A stretch of 64,000 nucleotides of DNA from Octopus bimaculoides. Taxonomy: Eukaryota. The position numbers were made by a program, and so were the translations under genes. This document shows, piece by piece, positions 61,601 through 64,000 of the stretch (positions are counted from its first letter, which is position 1; each line of letters starts with the position of its first letter). Below the pieces are notes generated by a model. It was not told where the DNA came from, did not search any database, and worked only from the letters and a program-made list of their open reading frames with translations. The stretch is from positions 31,734,348 through 31,798,347 of the forward strand of contig NC_068985.1 of the NCBI RefSeq assembly GCF_001194135.2. The letters are read 5' to 3'.

Positions 61601-64000
61601 TTGTCATCACCTCCATGAAACAACAGTTCAAAATGATGATAGTGAGGGAGGCTGGGATGCATAATGTATCTATATCCACATTTGGATCTCTCATCCAATA
61701 TACCCCTGTCGAGTCTACACCTGTCTCCCCATTTCTTTGATACCCTCTTATCTATCACTCTTCCTCTCTTCTATTTGCTATACTATGCTTCCTGTCTAAT
61801 ACTCTTTTCACTCGGGCCAGTCACACGGTACTGGCAACATCCACGCTCAAAATGGTGGTTTTTACGTGCCACCTGCACAGGAGCCAGTCCAGCGGCACTG
61901 GCAATGACCTTGCTCGAATGATTTTCTAACGTGCCAGTAAGGCGATGCTGGTAACGATCATGCTCAAATGGTTCTATTTATATGCCACTAGCACAGAAGC
62001 CAGACAGCTGCTCTGGCAATGTTCACGCTCGGACGGTGCTGTTAGTACTCTACTGGCACAGGTGCCGGTCATCGAATATGGTTCAATTACGATTTCGATT
62101 TCACTTGTCCCAACAGGTCTTCGCAAGCAGTGTTTAGTGTCCAATGAAGGAGAGGTTGGCATGGGTGCCAGTCGTCAAATTTGGTTCAATTTCGATTTCA
62201 ATTCACTTGCCTCAACAGGTCTTCGCATACGAATAAGTGAGTTGACTACACTTCTGGCAGAGGCCACAGATTATGCTCTCAATTGGCTTGCTGGGTCTTT
62301 TCACATACTGCATATTTCCAAAGGTCCCGGTCACTAGTCATTGCCTCGGTGAGGCCTAAAGTTCAAAGGTCGTGCTTCACCATCTCATCCCAGCACACTC
62401 TTCCCCGCTACTAACTTCGTCACCTAGATAGCGGAAGCTATCAACTACTTCTAGTTTTTCTCCCTGGAATGTGGCAAAGGTTGTTTTCTGCACATTTTCA
62501 GTGTTTATTGCTCCTGAGCATCTGCCACATTCAAAAATTATCTTGCTAGTTAGCCTTCCTTTGATATTGCTGCACCTCTTATGTGTCCATAGCTTACACT
62601 GGGTACAACTTATGGAGTTTCTACCTACGCCTTTTCTGCAGATTGAGCAGCGCCATCTACCTGAAGTGGTTTGTGTTTTGTCTACCTTTCTGCTTATTAG
62701 GACTTTGGTTTTAGCTAGGTTGACTCTAAGGCCCTTTGATTCTAGTCCTTGCTTCCACTTTTAGCTAGGTTGACTCTAAGGCCCTTCGATTCTAGTCCTT
62801 GCTTCCACCACTCGTATTCAATAATCCCTTATCATTCCCCCCTCTCACCTATCATGAGATCACTGTATAAGGGATTGCAATGGATTTGTTTGACCCCAAT
62901 ACATTTACCATATCCCTTTCTATAACTGCCAGTTATCACACCCTCTCTCCCAAACCTCTTGTTATTGACAACTATCACACCCTCTTACTTTCTATCTACT
63001 TCTATTACTATCTATCACTCTCTCATCCCCTCTACCAGACTTTCATCCCTCTCACTCAGTTTCTACCATCATATTCCAGTTCTCTTCACTTGAGTGTTTT
63101 GTTCTTCTGTCGTTACTGCTCTTCCATTCACCTTACCTCGAGTAGACAAATTCATCATAGAGTAGTGAGGACTCATTAATCTCACAGGGTACAATGCAAT
63201 CTCAATAGTGCTTGTACCACGAGCTATATGCACCCAGTTCACTCTGTAAAATGGCAGTGTGGGAGTGAGAAGACATTTTTAGTACAATGGAGGACATCAT
63301 AACCTCTCTAGTTTTAGTGCCATGTTAAAAGCACCGAGAACACCATGAAGTAGTTGGCATTAAGAAGGGATCTAGCATAGAAATCAAGTCAAAAATGAAA
63401 GGTACAAGTGATACATGGCCATCAAACATATCTACAAGGGCAGTAACTTCAAACAGTAGCTAACATGGAGCATTACAACCTCTCCAACACATGTAAACAT
63501 GTGAAATGGACATAAATATATGGTTGGATATATATAGAGAGAGAGAGTGGGGAAGAGAGAGGAATGTGATTCACATCTCTTTTGAGTAAAATGCTGTATG
63601 TATAGCTTGTACGAAAGACACAATACTAGTTAGTTGAGTATCTGGATTGAGATAGGTAGGGGAAGTAACTGCACTAACATGTGATATGAATAGATAACAA
63701 ATACTGAATGGAAGGTACTTGTGACAGAGAATGACCAAAACATGGGGAATAACGGTGGTGGTGGTGGCTGTGGTAGTGGCAATTGCATAAGATTTCAGGA
63801 TGTTTGGTATCACAGGCAAGCTGACACAAGAATAATGGATATTAATATCATCTTTGCTTAATGGAAGTTATGTTTATTAGAGATTAGGTTTTTTGCAGGA
63901 AATCAAAGGAAAATAGCATTTCTGAAATGATTCCTAAGAAAATGTATCATTAGGAAAAGAGTATATCTTTAAAGGATATGGATTCTCCACAAAGCTGTTA
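49010..64000 (-). CDS. ZPR1: Zinc finger protein ZPR1, 3' part (9 exons, first partial)
   Basis: Exons 63980-64000, 60655-60736, 59680-59754, 58069-58135, 57404-57564, 56934-57044, 54837-54926, 51708-51776 and 49010-49120, with consistent phases. Peptides: NSFVENPHAP, CPNC...[35 protein letters not shown]...[33 protein letters not shown]. Confidence 0.95.
49871..51060 (-). mobile_element. Full-length mariner with 30-bp TIRs and TA TSD, in the last ZPR1 intron
   Basis: TIR ttgggttgtccggaaagtttgtgccgattt vs ttgagttgtccggaaagttcgtgccgattt (28/30). Transposase has WVPHEL and [16 protein letters not shown]; stop at codon 4 (MED*) from the ATG at 50878; gap inside. Confidence 0.9.
51708..51776 (-). 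CDS. ZPR1: ZPR1 exon
   Basis: [23 protein letters not shown]. Confidence 0.92.
51990..52973 (+). mobile_element. Degenerate mariner (Hsmar1/cecropia-like) in a ZPR1 intron
   Basis: [41 protein letters not shown]; multiple stops and frameshifts. Confidence 0.8.
54837..54926 (-). CDS. ZPR1: ZPR1 exon
   Basis: [30 protein letters not shown]. Confidence 0.9.
55370..55760 (-). mobile_element. SINE family A copy
   Basis: Reverse-complement family A tail, body and head. Confidence 0.75.
56375..56860 (+). mobile_element. SINE family A, near-consensus copy
   Basis: Full head-body-tail. Confidence 0.85.
56934..57044 (-). CDS. ZPR1: ZPR1 exon
   Basis: [37 protein letters not shown]. Confidence 0.95.
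57404..57564 (-). CDS. ZPR1: ZPR1 exon (ZnF2 second half)
   Basis: [34 protein letters not shown]...DLSRDVLK. Confidence 0.95.
57565..58068 (-). other. U12-type GT-AG intron of ZPR1
   Basis: 5'ss GTATCCTTT, branch site ACCTTAAC 8 nt upstream of the end (..TCTGCTAG), no polypyrimidine tract. Confidence 0.85.
58069..58135 (-). CDS. ZPR1: ZPR1 exon (ZnF2 first half)
   Basis: [22 protein letters not shown]; U12 donor GTATCCTTT. Confidence 0.9.
59680..59754 (-). CDS. ZPR1: ZPR1 exon
   Basis: [25 protein letters not shown] (linker), phase 0/0. Confidence 0.75.
60200..60345 (+). mobile_element. SINE family A head fragment
   Basis: caaccacatggtttcaggttcagtcccactgcatggcaccttgg...ggatttggtag. Confidence 0.65.
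60655..60736 (-). CDS. ZPR1: ZPR1 exon
   Basis: [27 protein letters not shown]; AC acceptor, GTGAGT donor. Confidence 0.85.
60737..63979 (-). other. U12-type (minor spliceosome) AT-AC intron of ZPR1
   Basis: 5'ss ATATCCTTT (63979-63971), branch site TCCTTAAT (60756-60749), 3' end ..TTTTCCAC. Splicing restores ENP|H in frame. Confidence 0.88.
61375..62830 (-). mobile_element. RTE LINE 3' portion (RT C-terminus plus sub-repeated 3' UTR), with a 50-bp tandem duplication at 62711-62808
   Basis: 62390-62830 matches the RTE segment at 21900-22140. 61800-62250 is a sub-repeated reverse complement of the 47885 family. Confidence 0.7.
63980..64000 (-). CDS. ZPR1: ZPR1 exon (partial, window edge)
   Basis: NSFVENP, followed by the U12 donor ATATCCTTT. 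Confidence 0.85.

Noticed and set aside
1-64000. CRISPR arrays, rRNA or prokaryotic operons (contamination explaining the tdh-like gene)
   Set aside because: None seen. The tdh-like gene has spliceosomal introns full of host-type SINEs and lies between metazoan SELENOS and ZPR1 genes.

Overview
AT-rich, repeat-dense eukaryotic scaffold with many N-gaps and (TA)n/(CA)n/(GAT)n microsatellites. The SINE, RTE, Penelope and mariner content looks like a cephalopod, probably Octopus (inference from pattern recognition). Three spliced protein-coding genes were reconstructed by hand, none captured properly by the ORF track. (1) The 5' part of a selenoprotein S (SELENOS/VIMP)-like gene on the minus strand, exons 21670-21766 and 17849-17986; the Sec-encoding 3' exons were not found. 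(2) A complete six-exon, 353-aa zinc-dependent MDR-family dehydrogenase on the plus strand (29378-44943) that resembles the prokaryotic type of L-threonine 3-dehydrogenase rather than the SDR-type animal TDH. (3) The 3' part of ZPR1 on the minus strand (64000 to 49010), with two minor-spliceosome (U12) introns, one AT-AC and one GT-AG. Mobile DNA includes a Penelope-like element with RT, GIY-YIG and a hammerhead ribozyme motif, a full-length hAT element with a perfect 8-bp TSD, several mariners, RTE and Gypsy fragments, three SINE families (one nested insertion), MITEs and a ~900-bp foldback. All protein and element assignments come from hand translation and remembered motifs, not from database searches.
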